IMG/VR virus record: IMGVR_UViG_3300033562_000145
Location: 1-24,142 of that record
Reading direction: 5' to 3' (one strand)
DNA length: 24,142 nucleotides
From: a virus
Taxonomy: Duplodnaviria; Caudoviricetes
The notes beneath the pieces are model-generated. The model was given only the letters and a program-made list of their open reading frames with translations. It made no database searches and was not told the DNA's origin. Positions 22,922-24,142 of this stretch are shown here, one piece after another. A program made the translations under genes and the position numbers. Each line of letters opens with the position of its first letter. Position 1 is the first letter of the stretch.

Positions 22922-24142
22922 TTACCCAAATGTCTTTGAGATTTGTTTCTTCAGGTATTTGGATACCACAGGAACTAGCGTTGATACCCTTTTTACCCAA
23001 GCGAAGTCTTGTCCGAAGCACAGCTTCTCACATACCAAGCTGTTACCCCCCCAATCAGAAATGAACACACCCATTAAGGCGACGCCCTTCTTGCGGATAT
23101 CTCGAATAGATTGGGCTGTATCGTCCAAGCCGTCCTTACCGTGCCACGTTCTATGTTTAATGCGTGGGTCAATCACGCCGGAAGGGTCGTGCCAGTTTTC
23201 ATACTCCTTAGAACCCCCACACTTTCCGGCAATCCACGAGGCACCCGATGGTGCTCCATCCGATATACAGATGAATATATGGTTAAGGTCCGGAGACTTA
23301 TCGGAAAGCTCATATACTGTTCGGTAAGCAAGGCCATCCCTATTAGCACCGTCCGCTACATAAGAGAATATGTTCTTGGTCTCGCTTGTTGGGTCGTGAT
23401 AGTCTCTATAACGCTGCATTACACTAGCGTCACCATACGTCCTGAATGATGTAACCCGTGTAGGTATTCCTACTAAGTCAAAGGCCTTTGCTACTACGTA
23501 TGTGGATGTGGCCACCTCACTTTCCAAGAATGAGTTGGAGCCACTAGCGTCCACGACTATATCCACTATGTAACCACCCTCTTCAGTAGGCTCGCTTTGT
23601 GTAAATACGTGGGCATTATCACACTCGGTAGCTTTCCACAACCTATTTGGTGTTAGCTTTCCGGTTGTTGTGCTATAGCTCGTTTCAGTATCAAGGGCGG
23701 TAAGGCTGGACCGGATTTCTTGTGCCAGCTGTCTTGCTAGGCCATCAGCGTGCCCCATAGCTCCGGCTATTCGTGCATTCATAGTGTTCCTGATATGGTT
23801 TTTCATTTTGCACGCTTCTTTGCTGTCCACATACAAGGTTATGGCCCCTTTGTTCATATCGGTGCATACCACGTCTTCTAAACGCTTTATCTCGTCATCT
23901 TTAAGCAAGGATTTCCCCCAGTAGCCCTCGGCTTCTTGCCTTACCTCGTCTCTATCCTTTTCTTTAGACTCGGCACTTTCCTTCATAGACGACGCTTTAT
24001 CGGTCAAGTCTTGCAACTTTTTGCGGTCTTCCGGAGATAACAGACGCTCTAGTGTGCTTTCTCCTAGGGCCTCGCTTATCTTCTTCTCGATTTCTTCCTC
24101 GCTATTACCGTCTTCATCGGACTCCTTAGCGTCACTATCACC
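22922..24142 (-). CDS. von Willebrand factor A (MIDAS) domain protein, CobT/NorD-like; start lies beyond the window
   Basis: IVVDASGSN (DxSxS), GANRDG, ICISDGAP and TGKLTPNRLW. The frame stays open to the window edge through an acidic linker (GDSDAKESDEDGNSEEEIE...). Confidence 0.85.
   Translation of the reverse strand, partial: GDSDAKESDEDGNSEEEIEKKISEALGESTLERLLSPEDRKKLQDLTDKASSMKESAESKEKDRDEVRQEAEGYWGKSLLKDDEIKRLEDVVCTDMNKGAITLYVDSKEACKMKNHIRNTMNARIAGAMGHADGLARQLAQEIRSSLTALDTETSYSTTTGKLTPNRLWKATECDNAHVFTQSEPTEEGGYIVDIVVDASGSNSFLESEVATSTYVVAKAFDLVGIPTRVTSFRTYGDASVMQRYRDYHDPTSETKNIFSYVADGANRDGLAYRTVYELSDKSPDLNHIFICISDGAPSGASWIAGKCGGSKEYENWHDPSGVIDPRIKHRTWHGKDGLDDTAQSIRDIRKKGVALMGVFISDWGGNSLVCEKLCFGQDFAWVKRVSTLVPVVSKYLKKQISKTFG

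Larger units (their letters stand above)
1..24142. mobile_element. Tailed phage genome fragment (podovirus-like, probable Bacillota host); convergent late (+) and replication (-) arms
   Basis: Dense, tightly coupled ORFs for tail, ejection, lysis and replication functions. No host housekeeping genes and no integrase in view. Strong GGAGG RBSs before most genes. Confidence 0.95.

Noticed and set aside
1-24142. Stop-codon reassignment, tRNA genes or a long ncRNA
   Set aside because: Genes are full length in the standard code and end in TAA or TAG. Intergenic gaps are short and are explained by promoters, RBSs and terminators.

Overview
The whole window is a fragment of a tailed dsDNA phage genome. 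Strong AGGAGG-type RBSs, sigA-type promoters and an amidase_3/SPOR endolysin suggest a Bacillota host, and the nozzle-like plus ejection-type genes suggest podovirus morphology. The + strand (1-12165) carries late genes: a 5'-truncated giant tail protein (lectin/LamG modules, four tandem beta-sandwich repeats and a nozzle-like C-terminus), a small tail protein, two probable ejection proteins, two holin-like genes and an endolysin with an extra degenerate NAGPA-like domain. The - strand (12169-24142) carries early/replication genes: a vWA protein (truncated at the window edge), small ORFs including an RHH regulator, a RepB-type primase/RecA-family helicase, an SNF2 helicase, a family A DNA polymerase with an apparently inactivated Fe-S UDG domain, a Cas4-like exonuclease, a Sak4-like ATPase, a DUF669-like SSB and a VRR-NUC nuclease. 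The two arms converge on a bidirectional terminator that contains both stop codons. The most notable points are: early promoters whose -35 boxes sit in inverted repeats; an internal RBS/ATG in the endolysin; a nozzle fused to receptor-binding modules; a shared YTP motif in the ejection proteins; and near-complete avoidance of GATC, GCGC and CATG. All family calls are by motif recognition, with no database search.
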